From assembly GCA_019057475.1 (NCBI GenBank), contig DXJO01000032.1, positions 1-18,245 of the forward strand: DNA of 18,245 nt. The letters run 5' to 3'. Each line of letters begins with the position of its first letter. The first letter of the stretch is position 1. Under the pieces are notes generated by a model that ran no database searches, was not told where the DNA came from, and saw only the letters and a list, made by a program, of their open reading frames with translations. Of this stretch, positions 7,517 to 16,030 are shown one piece after another. A program made the position numbers and the translations under genes. This DNA comes from Candidatus Thorarchaeota archaeon (GTDB lineage Archaea; Asgardarchaeota; Thorarchaeia; Thorarchaeales; Thorarchaeaceae).

Positions 7517-8188
7517 ATGAGTGAAGAAAAGGAGAATATGCTAAACCTCTTCGAGGAGTTCAAAACCACCCTTGTCGACCTTATTGATGACAGGGATAAG
7601 CTTGCCAGCGAAATCGAGGAACTACGAACTGCAAGAAGAGAAGCCGATGAAAAGGCGTGGGCTGCGGACGAGAAGGTCAAGAATTTGGAATCAGACCTTG
7701 AAGCCGCTGTAACGAAGGGCGATAAGGCAACTTCAAAGGTCAGCTCGCTCAAAGAGCAAGTTAAGGAGTTGAAGAGCAAGCTTAGAGAAGCAGAAGCCTC
7801 AAGCACTGATGCCATAGATGCCATCGTGAAAGAGCGCGACGAGCTTAGGACGGAGATGAATGAGATAACCTCGAAGCTCTCGCGTGTATCTGAGCTCTAT
7901 CGGGAAACTTCTGCTGAAAAGGAAGCGCTCCAAGAGAAGGTTGATGTCAGTGATCTGCTTGGAATCTACATAGTGCTTCTTGAAACTGTCTTCTATGGAA
8001 AGCCTCATGCAAGAATATTGTATACACTACATGACATCAAGAAGCCAATCACAAGGAAAAACCTTGCTGATAGTTCAGGCATAATGCCAGCTCAAGTCCT
8101 CAAGGCGATTCACGATCTGGCGAATGAAAACCTGGTTTCATACAACGAGGACACCCAACAAGTTACTCTGAAGAAGGAGATCATGTAG
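7517..8188 (+). CDS. coiled-coil protein with C-terminal winged-helix domain
   Basis: About 140 aa of E/K/L heptads, then PHARILYTLH..ITRKNLADSSGIMPAQVLKAIHDLANENLVSY (wHTH pattern). GAGGAG RBS before ATG 7517. Confidence 0.8.
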   Translation: MSEEKENMLNLFEEFKTTLVDLIDDRDKLASEIEELRTARREADEKAWAADEKVKNLESDLEAAVTKGDKATSKVSSLKEQVKELKSKLREAEASSTDAIDAIVKERDELRTEMNEITSKLSRVSELYRETSAEKEALQEKVDVSDLLGIYIVLLETVFYGKPHARILYTLHDIKKPITRKNLADSSGIMPAQVLKAIHDLANENLVSYNEDTQQVTLKKEIM

Positions 8189-8218
8189 ATCAGCGAATCA
8201 TTTGCCCCGTAATCAAAT

Positions 8219-9241
8219 GTGCCAAAGAGAGATGATGTGTTGTCTAGAAAAGTGAATTATAGTCCAGCGCTTCGAAAGCATGTCAGGAAGTACAATCTGA
8301 ATGACAAGCTCCAATCTATTATGAACTTGCTTGGCAAAGACGCACAAGGAGTTATCGACTGGGCTCAGGAAGAAGCCAAACTCAGAATCAAGAAGGGTGA
8401 GGAGAAAGAGACCAATCTAGCGAAGGCTGTATTCCAGTTGATAGCTAATGAAGCAGCAATTAGGTTAGTGAAACAGAACCACTCACGAGGGCGGATGACG
8501 ATAAAGAGTGAAGTTAAGCGCCGGACCGGAATCAAAGCAGAGATGCCTCTCCTCTACCAAGAAGCAGGCCTCCGTCATCCTCAGGAGGCAAGGAATCTTC
8601 GGCACAATCTATTCCACGAAGCATTCATGGCATTGATAACGCATCTCTTTCCGGATGTCACAACCAATGTCCCCGTGACTGGAGAGGGCCTAACCCCTGA
8701 TTTGATGGTCAATCATAAGAATCCCAACTGGACCCTCTCTGTCGAATACAAGGGATACCGCGCGATAACCCTTCTCGGCGAATCAGAGGTCCTTAAGGGA
8801 ATGAGGTATCAAGCGGCGTATGGCTCGTCCTGGCTAGTCACCAGCACGACCAAGACAGTAAGAGATCGCTATGAAGGTACTCTTGAATCTGAGAAGCTAA
8901 TAAGGCAGGGCATCGAGCGGCTAGAGAGGATTGTTAAAAGAAGAGGGTATACTGGGGAGCAGAAAGAGAACAGAGGCATTTCAAGGAAGGGGATAACACA
9001 TCTTGAAAAGCTAAGAGGAGCCAACCTCAAATGCAAGCTAATCTCCGCAGAAGAACTCCTTGACTCTTGCAGAGAGGGGAAGCCAAGAAAGGCACTCGCC
9101 ATATCCAGTGGTATGGAGTTCATCGAGATGCTTCGAGAGGCCGGCTTCGAGAGCCATGCAGACAATGTGTTGAGGATAATGAAGACCCCCACGAATCTTC
9201 TTCATAGTGACACTGTAACGTCTGTGCGACTCATAGGCTAG
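8219..9241 (+). CDS. putative PD-(D/E)XK (restriction-endonuclease-like) nuclease with helical N-terminal region
   Basis: 340-aa basic ORF. Helix LFHEAF, then NVPV...TPDLMV...LSVEYKG, matching the PD-x(n)-ExK core. Confidence 0.6.
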   Translation: MPKRDDVLSRKVNYSPALRKHVRKYNLNDKLQSIMNLLGKDAQGVIDWAQEEAKLRIKKGEEKETNLAKAVFQLIANEAAIRLVKQNHSRGRMTIKSEVKRRTGIKAEMPLLYQEAGLRHPQEARNLRHNLFHEAFMALITHLFPDVTTNVPVTGEGLTPDLMVNHKNPNWTLSVEYKGYRAITLLGESEVLKGMRYQAAYGSSWLVTSTTKTVRDRYEGTLESEKLIRQGIERLERIVKRRGYTGEQKENRGISRKGITHLEKLRGANLKCKLISAEELLDSCREGKPRKALAISSGMEFIEMLREAGFESHADNVLRIMKTPTNLLHSDTVTSVRLIG

Positions 9242-9349
9242 AAGGCCATAATCTCAAACAGGGCGTTCCTTCTACCAACCTTTATCAATAATGAGTAACT
9301 TGTTGTTCTGTTCTCGAATAGTAAATCGGAATAATGAGAGGGTAATGCA

Positions 9350-9742
9350 TTGCTAAATATGCCAGACGAGGATGCGACCGAACAACTCAAGATGATCCTG
9401 CGCGATCTCAGTAGCAGGTCGCCGATTCTGGGAGCAGCGATATTCTCTGTGGAGGGCTTACCACTTGTTAGCTACTTCCACGCTGGCATTGAGGTAGCAT
9501 CTATTGCCGCAATGGTAGCGAGCATTCAGTCAGTTGGGGAGCTGGCTGTCAAAGAGCTTCGCCAAGGGGACCTGAAATCGATTATCATTCAAGGCACACT
9601 AGGTACAACAGTAGTTATCTCGATTCCAGATTCCTACTTGCTTGCGGTGACAGCGCCAGAGAACGTCAAGCTCGGACTTATTTTTAACGATGCAAAGGTG
9701 TACGCCAAAAAGATGACAGGGATTCTGCGCAATCTAAGGTGA
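9350..9742 (+). CDS. Roadblock/LC7 (MglB/LAMTOR2-like) domain protein
   Basis: ILGAAIFSVEGLPL, IAAMVASIQSVGE, ELRQGDLKSIIIQGTLG, LLAVTAPENVKLGLIF. The size of about 130 aa fits. ATG 9359 is an alternative start. Confidence 0.92.
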   Translation: MLNMPDEDATEQLKMILRDLSSRSPILGAAIFSVEGLPLVSYFHAGIEVASIAAMVASIQSVGELAVKELRQGDLKSIIIQGTLGTTVVISIPDSYLLAVTAPENVKLGLIFNDAKVYAKKMTGILRNLR

Positions 9743-10579
9743 GTGGCCTCCACTATGGGGCGGGCTTATCCTTTTACTCATCACCCCTGTTGGTCACGTA
9801 ATCGCGATGGGCTATGGGCCAGGATACACCTGCCGGTAGCACACTCCTGTAACGTGAAATGCGGATACTGCGATCATCAATTGGACGCCTCCGGCCATAT
9901 GCCAGTGCCTGGCCGATCAAGAAGGGTGATGACTCCAACTCAAGCAATCAAAGTAACTCGTGATGAGCTTGGGAAAGACCCGAATCTACGCATTGTCGCG
10001 ATTTCGGGGCCAGGCGAACCACTTGCGTGTCCGCAAACATTCAAGACTCTGCAAGGGATTAGAGCGTTGAGTGCTAACATAGATTTCTGCTTGAGCACTA
10101 ACGGAGTGCTGCTGGAAGAGAAGACAAAGCAACTGATCGAGCTCGGGGCAAGGACAATTAGTGTGACAATGAGCACCGTATCCCCTGAAACCGCCTCGCA
10201 AATCTATGAATGGGCGATGATTGATGGCAAGCGGCTAACAGGACCTGAAATGGGAGAGAAGGTCATCGATGCACAGCTCAGGGGCATCTCTTCTGCTACC
10301 AAGTCAGGTGTGTTTGTTAAGGTGAACTCGATACTCATTCCCGAAATGAATGGAGAACAAATGGAAAATCTGGCAAGAGCCCTGAGAGATGCTGGTGCAC
10401 GTCTTCAAAATATCGTCCCACTCATACCATTTGACAACATGGTAAATGAGCGACCACCTACACAGAATGAACTTCAAGATGCAAGAAACAGAGCTTCTCG
10501 CTTTATGGAGCAGTTTTACCACTGCAGACAATGCAGAAGCGATGTTGTAGGGATACCCGGCGCAGACCGTATCCTTTAG
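9743..10579 (+). CDS. NifB-like radical SAM protein (stand-alone SAM domain, divergent)
   Basis: HPC, RIHLPVA, CNVKCGYC, SGPGEPLA, CLSTNG, KVNSILIP, NIVPLIP and HCRQCRSDVVG. The NifB ExRP and TxTxN motifs are not conserved. Confidence 0.88.
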   Translation: MASTMGRAYPFTHHPCWSRNRDGLWARIHLPVAHSCNVKCGYCDHQLDASGHMPVPGRSRRVMTPTQAIKVTRDELGKDPNLRIVAISGPGEPLACPQTFKTLQGIRALSANIDFCLSTNGVLLEEKTKQLIELGARTISVTMSTVSPETASQIYEWAMIDGKRLTGPEMGEKVIDAQLRGISSATKSGVFVKVNSILIPEMNGEQMENLARALRDAGARLQNIVPLIPFDNMVNERPPTQNELQDARNRASRFMEQFYHCRQCRSDVVGIPGADRIL

Positions 10580-11403
10580 CTAGATGTTTTCTGGGCCAAG
10601 CACCCCACTTCAACTAGCTTGTTAATCAGGAACCACAAAGCTTGCTGATCATAGGGCAATTCTTCAATCACTTGGGTTATTGTCATTACGCCGTCAAAAT
10701 GGTTCAGCATGTCATCAACCGGTTTCCCATACATTGCTTTGATACTATTCAGAGTTATATCCGGACATTCTTGCGTCACCAGAATGTCATTGTCGGTGAG
10801 TCGCCTTTTGAAATCACACCACTCGTACTTGTGCAGCATCGAAAACAATGCTAAGACTTGTTTCTCAGGCAAGTCAATCAGGTCCATTATCTCTGCCACA
10901 GTTCGTTTGCCGTTAATGAAAGCCTCCAACTGCTCTAGCTTGCTGTCGACAGACCCGACTCTAAAAGGGATTATGAGGCCCTTCCTATTCTTGAAAGGTA
11001 CGAGGTCTATGTCAATCGCAAAGAACGGAAACTCCATTAGTATCTCAAGGGAGAACTCGCGGAATCGTCGAACATCGCCTTCAAACTTCTTAAGCTTAGC
11101 ACCATGCTTCTCTTCCACATTCTCAAGGATTCTGTTCAATCGTTCACGGTATGGCGCTTCACTAGGCACGGGATCAACAACAAGCAGGACAAGGACGGTT
11201 TCTCCAACCTCAATTAGGATATCATAAGCCGCTTTCCGAATTGTCCTAATGGGGGTTTTGGCGAAGATTATCACTGCAGTGACAAAGCCCGCAATCAGGT
11301 CAGGGTCAATGGACATCTCTTCATAGGGCAGACTGAGTATTGATTCGCCCCCTTCTAGGCGAATCAGTGAGATGTACCGCACCTTGGATACGTCGAGTGC
11401 CAT
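10576..11403 (-). CDS. longin-like domain + two winged-helix repeats (NPRL2-like architecture), paralog A
   Basis: N-terminal IDPDLIAGFVTAVIIF...FEGDVRRFREF (Asgard longin-type signature). Repeats FINGKRTVAEI and HFDGVMTITQV, each followed by a helix and L...(G/W) strand. GGAAGGG before the ATG. Confidence 0.75.
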   Translation of the reverse strand: MALDVSKVRYISLIRLEGGESILSLPYEEMSIDPDLIAGFVTAVIIFAKTPIRTIRKAAYDILIEVGETVLVLLVVDPVPSEAPYRERLNRILENVEEKHGAKLKKFEGDVRRFREFSLEILMEFPFFAIDIDLVPFKNRKGLIIPFRVGSVDSKLEQLEAFINGKRTVAEIMDLIDLPEKQVLALFSMLHKYEWCDFKRRLTDNDILVTQECPDITLNSIKAMYGKPVDDMLNHFDGVMTITQVIEELPYDQQALWFLINKLVEVGCLAQKTSS

Positions 11404-11453
11404 GCTACCAACCCTTCCTAGTCACTATGTAACTCCCACTGCAGGACCCGCAT

Positions 11454-11472
11454 TTCACACATTCCATGTGAA
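11454..11472. promoter_or_regulatory. inverted repeat TTCACA-N7-TGTGAA, possible operator or hairpin
   Basis: Perfect 6-bp arms between the two longin genes, immediately downstream (minus strand) of an ATTATTAT element. Confidence 0.3.
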
Positions 11473-11513
11473 GGGCACCATAATAATCTCTTGGCCTCTG
11501 AGCTAAGCACGAA

Positions 11514-12386
11514 TTACTCAGTGGACCCGCCTCCTTCGCTCGACTGTTCGCGGTAACCCAGCACACCTGCATCAATCAGGTTCTTGGCAATTGTAATAAG
11601 AACCTCAATATCGAACGGAACTAGCTCACACACTTGCTCAAGTGTTCTCGTTCCATCGCACATCTCCGCGAAATCATCCAGTTGGTCGCCGTATACACCA
11701 ATAAGACGCTTTGGGGTATCGGTCAGTTTTACAAGCACTGTGTCCTTGTTTGCACGACGCGAAAGCGTAATCCATTTGAACCGGTCCAGCATGGAGAATA
11801 TTGCCGTTAACTCGGCTTCAGAGTAGCCGGAAGATTTAACGATCTCCCTAATGGTTCGTTTCCCATTGATATAGCCAACAACGGTTTGTATCTTCTTGTC
11901 TGTTTCACCCACACTCCAAGGGATTGCTACCTGGCAGTTAGGCGTCACATCCGACTTCTTAATCAGTTCAGGAACGAGCTGCCAATCAAACCGTCTATAT
12001 GGGAACACACCAAGGATGTCAATCCCGAATTCTCTGAACGGGCGAATGTCACCCCTCCATAGGGTGAGCTGCAGTTCATACTTGGCCTCGAAATCTGATA
12101 TAATTCCCTTTAACGCTTCACGATATGGTTCGTCATCCTCCACTTTATCGATAATGAGCAACCCTACAACATGATCGCCTTCCTCTATCACAACCACATA
12201 GCCTTCCTTGATGAATGTTCGAAGCTGCTGATTCTCAAAAATTACAATTGCTAATACAAAGCTGGCAACAAGATCAGGATCGACACTCATCTCTCTAAAC
12301 GTAATGCCTAAAACTGGCTCACCGCCGTCTTTTCTAACTAATGAAACGTAGCGAACAATTTCCTCGTTCAAGGGCATGTGGCTCAA
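11514..12386 (-). CDS. longin-like domain + two winged-helix repeats (NPRL2-like architecture), paralog B
   Basis: VDPDLVASFVLAIVIF...WRGDIRPFREF, with repeats YINGKRTIREI and MCDGTRTLEQV. Colinear with 10576..11403. AACCTTTTAT TATA-like element about 25 nt upstream. Confidence 0.75.
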   Translation of the reverse strand: MSHMPLNEEIVRYVSLVRKDGGEPVLGITFREMSVDPDLVASFVLAIVIFENQQLRTFIKEGYVVVIEEGDHVVGLLIIDKVEDDEPYREALKGIISDFEAKYELQLTLWRGDIRPFREFGIDILGVFPYRRFDWQLVPELIKKSDVTPNCQVAIPWSVGETDKKIQTVVGYINGKRTIREIVKSSGYSEAELTAIFSMLDRFKWITLSRRANKDTVLVKLTDTPKRLIGVYGDQLDDFAEMCDGTRTLEQVCELVPFDIEVLITIAKNLIDAGVLGYREQSSEGGGSTE

Positions 12387-12422
12387 CGTTGATTCTTTAA
12401 CGAATGTCCAATAAAAGGTTGG

Positions 12423-13316
12423 TCAGATGTAATCCAACAGACCTGATTGGGTCACTATCTTCACAGGCGAATCTGGATGCACCGTGTAACCCACGAGCTG
12501 CTTAAGGTCAGCAACCGTAAAAGCCGAACCAATACGGGTCACAAGTAGGGATCCCTTCATTCCCACAACAGCGCCCAATAGCTGCATGCCATCCATTGGC
12601 TCGGACCTCTTGCGCCATGGAAGAGGACGTGCATTGAGAGAATCGAGATTGTAGTACATTGACAAGTCTTCTAATTGCACCTCATACTCGGGCAGCACTC
12701 TTGGGAGCGAAGATGAGAAACGCTTAGCTAGCTCCTCCGCTCCGGAAAAGTCCAATTGCTCCATTAGATTCGTAATTTTCCTTTTGCTGCGAACCTGCTT
12801 TGTTGCACCACTTCTACGACCCACCAGGTCCTCCAGTCTTCTTGCAGCTCTACCGCCCCGTATCTCTGCAATGACGGCAGCGAAATCTGTACCTTGTTCC
12901 ACCCACCGCGTCTTGACTCGCCTTGCTGTTGAAACTCCAACCTTCAGTGTCTGGTCCTTAAACACGGCTAGATAGAGTACATAGTCTGTTTCTTCGCACC
13001 TCGTCCTACGTTCCTCAGATGCATTGCATATTCTACCAGTGCATCTGATGCAGGGATTCATGGAATCAACCGCTGCACATAGGCTACACCTGACCTGCCT
13101 TGGAGGACTCACAACGTGTTCTGGGCAGGGCACAAGGCGCCCAGCTTCATTCCTGCTACCGATACACATGCGTGGGCCAGCGATGGTCCAAGATAACTTA
13201 TCACCGGGTGACAGACGAGTGAATGTAGGAGTTTCTTCAGCCCCCGTCCATGATAGTACGCCCTGCTCAAATGCATCATTCTCGGTGGGCCGCCAAGTTA
13301 CGCCAGTAATGTGCAT
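12423..13316 (-). CDS. DUF2797 domain-containing protein
   Basis: Cys-rich N-half (CIG, CP, CSLC, CIRC) followed by LYLA..LKVGVS and TRWVEQG, then VVGMKGSLL. Confidence 0.82.
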   Translation of the reverse strand: MHITGVTWRPTENDAFEQGVLSWTGAEETPTFTRLSPGDKLSWTIAGPRMCIGSRNEAGRLVPCPEHVVSPPRQVRCSLCAAVDSMNPCIRCTGRICNASEERRTRCEETDYVLYLAVFKDQTLKVGVSTARRVKTRWVEQGTDFAAVIAEIRGGRAARRLEDLVGRRSGATKQVRSKRKITNLMEQLDFSGAEELAKRFSSSLPRVLPEYEVQLEDLSMYYNLDSLNARPLPWRKRSEPMDGMQLLGAVVGMKGSLLVTRIGSAFTVADLKQLVGYTVHPDSPVKIVTQSGLLDYI

Positions 13317-13327
13317 CCGAACAGCCC

Positions 13328-14374
13328 TCAGAAGATTTTCCGGCGGCGATCACCATCCCCCATCCACTTGACGCCAGCGATGTTCAAATCTTCATCACAA
13401 TTGGGACAACGGCCAGCCTTGCTCAGATTGTTCTTCTTTAGATACACAGACCATCTCTCGACTGCCAATGTTCCGCAATTCGGACAGTAGGTATTCTCAA
13501 AGTCATGACCAGCCACATTACCTGAGTAGACAAATGTGAGACCAGCCGCCTTAGCGACTCTGATATGACGTTCTAGGGCCGATGCTGAGGTTCTTGGCAA
13601 GTGGGTCATCTTGTACATTGGAGAAAAAGCCGTGAGATGAAAGGGTATGCGGGAACCTAGATTCTCTACGACCCACTCCGCCAATATCTTTGTGTCCTCC
13701 TCCATATCGCCGACTTGGGGAATAATGAGGTTGGTTATCTCAATGAAGACACCTTTCTCTTTCAGCCTCGTCAGCGCATTGAAGATTGGCTCGACCTTTG
13801 GGACGCCCATGTACTTCTCATAGAACGACTTGTTGCCACTTCCCTTGAAGTCTACTGTGGCAGCATCAAGATACGGATAAATGTAGTCTATTGCTTCAGG
13901 AGTCATGTAACCGTTTGTAACAAACGTATTGTACATCCCCTGCTCATGGGCAATGCGAGCTGTGTCATGAGCAAGCTCCATGAAGATTGTTGGCTCTGTG
14001 TAAGTATAGCTGATTCCCGAGCAGTCGTACTGACGCGCAAGCTTCACGATGTCTGCTGGTTCCAATCTCTGGCCAACAGGGGTTTCCCTCTGAGACGAAT
14101 GATAATTCAAGCAGAACTGACACCGGAAGTTGCAGGACGATGTGCTAATGGAGAATGGGCTAGACCCCGGAGCGAAATGGAAAAGGGGCTTTTTCTCAAT
14201 TGGATCCGCAGCCATGCCATCTATCAGACCATAGACTGTGGTATAGAGCACTCCATCTTTGAGTTTTCTGACGCGACAGAAGCCTGACTCGCCCTCATGA
14301 ATCACGCATCTTCTTGCACAGAGGTCGCATCGCACACCGTTCTTGAGTTTGGAATAAAGAACTGCCTCTCTCAT
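13328..14374 (-). CDS. amrS: AmmeMemoRadiSam system radical SAM enzyme (PflX/pyruvate-formate-lyase-activase-like)
   Basis: CDLCARRC..GFCRVR, DPIEKKPLFHF, CNFRCQFC, YTYTEPT, FVTNGY, EITNLIIP and YSGNV..NTYCPNCG..CPNC. Confidence 0.93.
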   Translation of the reverse strand: MREAVLYSKLKNGVRCDLCARRCVIHEGESGFCRVRKLKDGVLYTTVYGLIDGMAADPIEKKPLFHFAPGSSPFSISTSSCNFRCQFCLNYHSSQRETPVGQRLEPADIVKLARQYDCSGISYTYTEPTIFMELAHDTARIAHEQGMYNTFVTNGYMTPEAIDYIYPYLDAATVDFKGSGNKSFYEKYMGVPKVEPIFNALTRLKEKGVFIEITNLIIPQVGDMEEDTKILAEWVVENLGSRIPFHLTAFSPMYKMTHLPRTSASALERHIRVAKAAGLTFVYSGNVAGHDFENTYCPNCGTLAVERWSVYLKKNNLSKAGRCPNCDEDLNIAGVKWMGDGDRRRKIF

Positions 14375-14476
14375 CAGAGGGAGAGTTCGTGCGGATTCTT
14401 ATGCGTGTTCCGGTGAGTGAAAAGAAAGACATGATTTCTTTGAGAAGATTGGACAGTAATAGTTGCCAAATGCGTT

Positions 14477-15928
14477 TTAGCTCAAATCTATCTTTTCACG
14501 TGTCAATACGAGCTTCTCACCATCGACGATCTTAGCAATGCCCAATTGTTGGAAGTCTTCAGCCCATTGCATAACTATAGCTGGGGCTACACCCATGGAG
14601 CGGGCAATCTCTCTTATCGACATCTCAATGTTGTCTTCCACCATGAGGAACGCTTTAGTCTTCTCTGTTCGGCCCATTAAGCCAAGGTAACCACGCAAAG
14701 CCTCTTCAGTGAGCTGTAGCTTCACCTGCGCCGCCTTGTAATCATTGGTGGTCCTCTCATGACTGGCTGAAATCCGATCAAGTTCAGTCTTCACACGCTC
14801 AAGCTCTCTTGCACTTTCACCCGACTCGGAGGAACGAAGGCGTGCTCGTAATTCATCAACTCCAGCAAGCCGTTCATTTGCCTTTTTCAGCTCATCCTCG
14901 AAGTGTCTGATGTTGCCTCCAAGGTCCTCAATCAGTAGGTCGTTCTTATTCTTGGCATCGCGAAGCTGACGGTTCTCGATCTGGGTAGCTTGAAGTTCCT
15001 GAGAGGCGTCTTCCAATCGGTCATTAAGCAAGTCATGAATTGTTTCCATGGACTTGATGTGCTTACGAAGCTCAGCGACCGTTTCCGCTTCAGCTGCTGG
15101 CGATGCTCGAAGGCTAGCCACGGTTTCCTCTAGACTCTCGTTCCGTGCCTTCATTCCAGCAAGTTCGCTCCGCAATGACTCAATGTCATTCTCTCGATTT
15201 TGTATCTTCTCGGTTGCCACGGTTAAGTTACGCTCTAGTTCCTTAACATGGCGAGAAAGTGCCTTCAATTGTTCTTCTACTTCCTTCGGAATGGCCACCT
15301 TTGGTTTCATGGTCAGCTCCGTCGATAGGAATTCCACCTCTGTGGAGAGTCGCTGTGTGAAATCATCAATGCTGGCTTTCAAGGTTGTGAGTTCATCGTG
15401 GGTTTCATTCGCGGCATCCTTGAGAGTGTCGGTCAACACTCGAATCTTTTCAAGAATCGGTGCCGACATTCCAGAGGTCAGGGTTTCCTCAATCGCTGCG
15501 AACTCTTCCTCAATGATGGGTGTCACCGCGGTGTCAAAATAGACGTCCTGGAGGTTGGTCTTCGCACGCCTTTTGCTCTTCGCGATAATCGTGCTCCGGA
15601 GATTCACAAGGTTGCCCTTCAAGCCGACCAGAAAGGAAAGCATTACGGGTATGAGATCACGCTCAATATGATCAATCCCATCGTTGATCAAGTTGAGATT
15701 TCTTTCCACGTGACGAGTACTCTCTCGGAAACGGCCAATGCTCTTGTCCATCTCAATGCGTCGCCGAACTTGGTCCGCAGATTCCACCCTGAGAACATCC
15801 TTTGTCATGCGACCCGATTCGACTAGCTCCTTCTTCATGGCTTCATCGATACCGAGCTCTGCGAGCATCTTGTCAACTACTGAATCTCTGCCTTTTTCTG
15901 GAATTTTCTCTTCGGGTTTCTTGCTCAT
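14477..15928 (-). CDS. long coiled-coil protein with C-terminal winged-helix domain
   Basis: 483 aa, helical N-terminus and about 200 aa of heptads. The C-terminus KAFLMVEDNIEMSIREIARSMGVAPAIVMQWAEDFQQLGIAKI is wHTH-like. GAGG RBS. No Walker A motif. Confidence 0.8.
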   Translation of the reverse strand: MSKKPEEKIPEKGRDSVVDKMLAELGIDEAMKKELVESGRMTKDVLRVESADQVRRRIEMDKSIGRFRESTRHVERNLNLINDGIDHIERDLIPVMLSFLVGLKGNLVNLRSTIIAKSKRRAKTNLQDVYFDTAVTPIIEEEFAAIEETLTSGMSAPILEKIRVLTDTLKDAANETHDELTTLKASIDDFTQRLSTEVEFLSTELTMKPKVAIPKEVEEQLKALSRHVKELERNLTVATEKIQNRENDIESLRSELAGMKARNESLEETVASLRASPAAEAETVAELRKHIKSMETIHDLLNDRLEDASQELQATQIENRQLRDAKNKNDLLIEDLGGNIRHFEDELKKANERLAGVDELRARLRSSESGESARELERVKTELDRISASHERTTNDYKAAQVKLQLTEEALRGYLGLMGRTEKTKAFLMVEDNIEMSIREIARSMGVAPAIVMQWAEDFQQLGIAKIVDGEKLVLTREKIDLS

Positions 15929-16030
15929 GCGAAGACCTCACTAGCCTCTGACTGGGCTAAAGCAACTACTAGTGAACTGCTAGACAACACATAAATCTAT
16001 TCGGAAGATGGGTCGCAATGAGACTTCGTA

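Noticed and set aside
6569-9241. Wadjet (JetABCD) system
   Set aside because: No SMC-like ATPase or kleisin/KITE set, and the Top6A-like protein retains the YY motif.
9743-10579. Evidence for nitrogen fixation (gene symbol nifB)
   Set aside because: The ExRP and TxTxN motifs are missing and no other nif genes are present, so the call is NifB-like only.
10709-15826. Long antisense ORFs (10709..11227, 13715..14287, 15048..15542, 15398..15826, and similar ones such as 6796..7266 and 7435..7824)
   Set aside because: They are shadows of well-supported genes on the opposite strand, are often Ser-rich and have no motifs.
14477-15928. SMC/Rad50 chromosome partition protein (also considered for 7517..8188)
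   Set aside because: No Walker A/B or signature motif and no hinge or zinc hook; the similarity is generic coiled coil.
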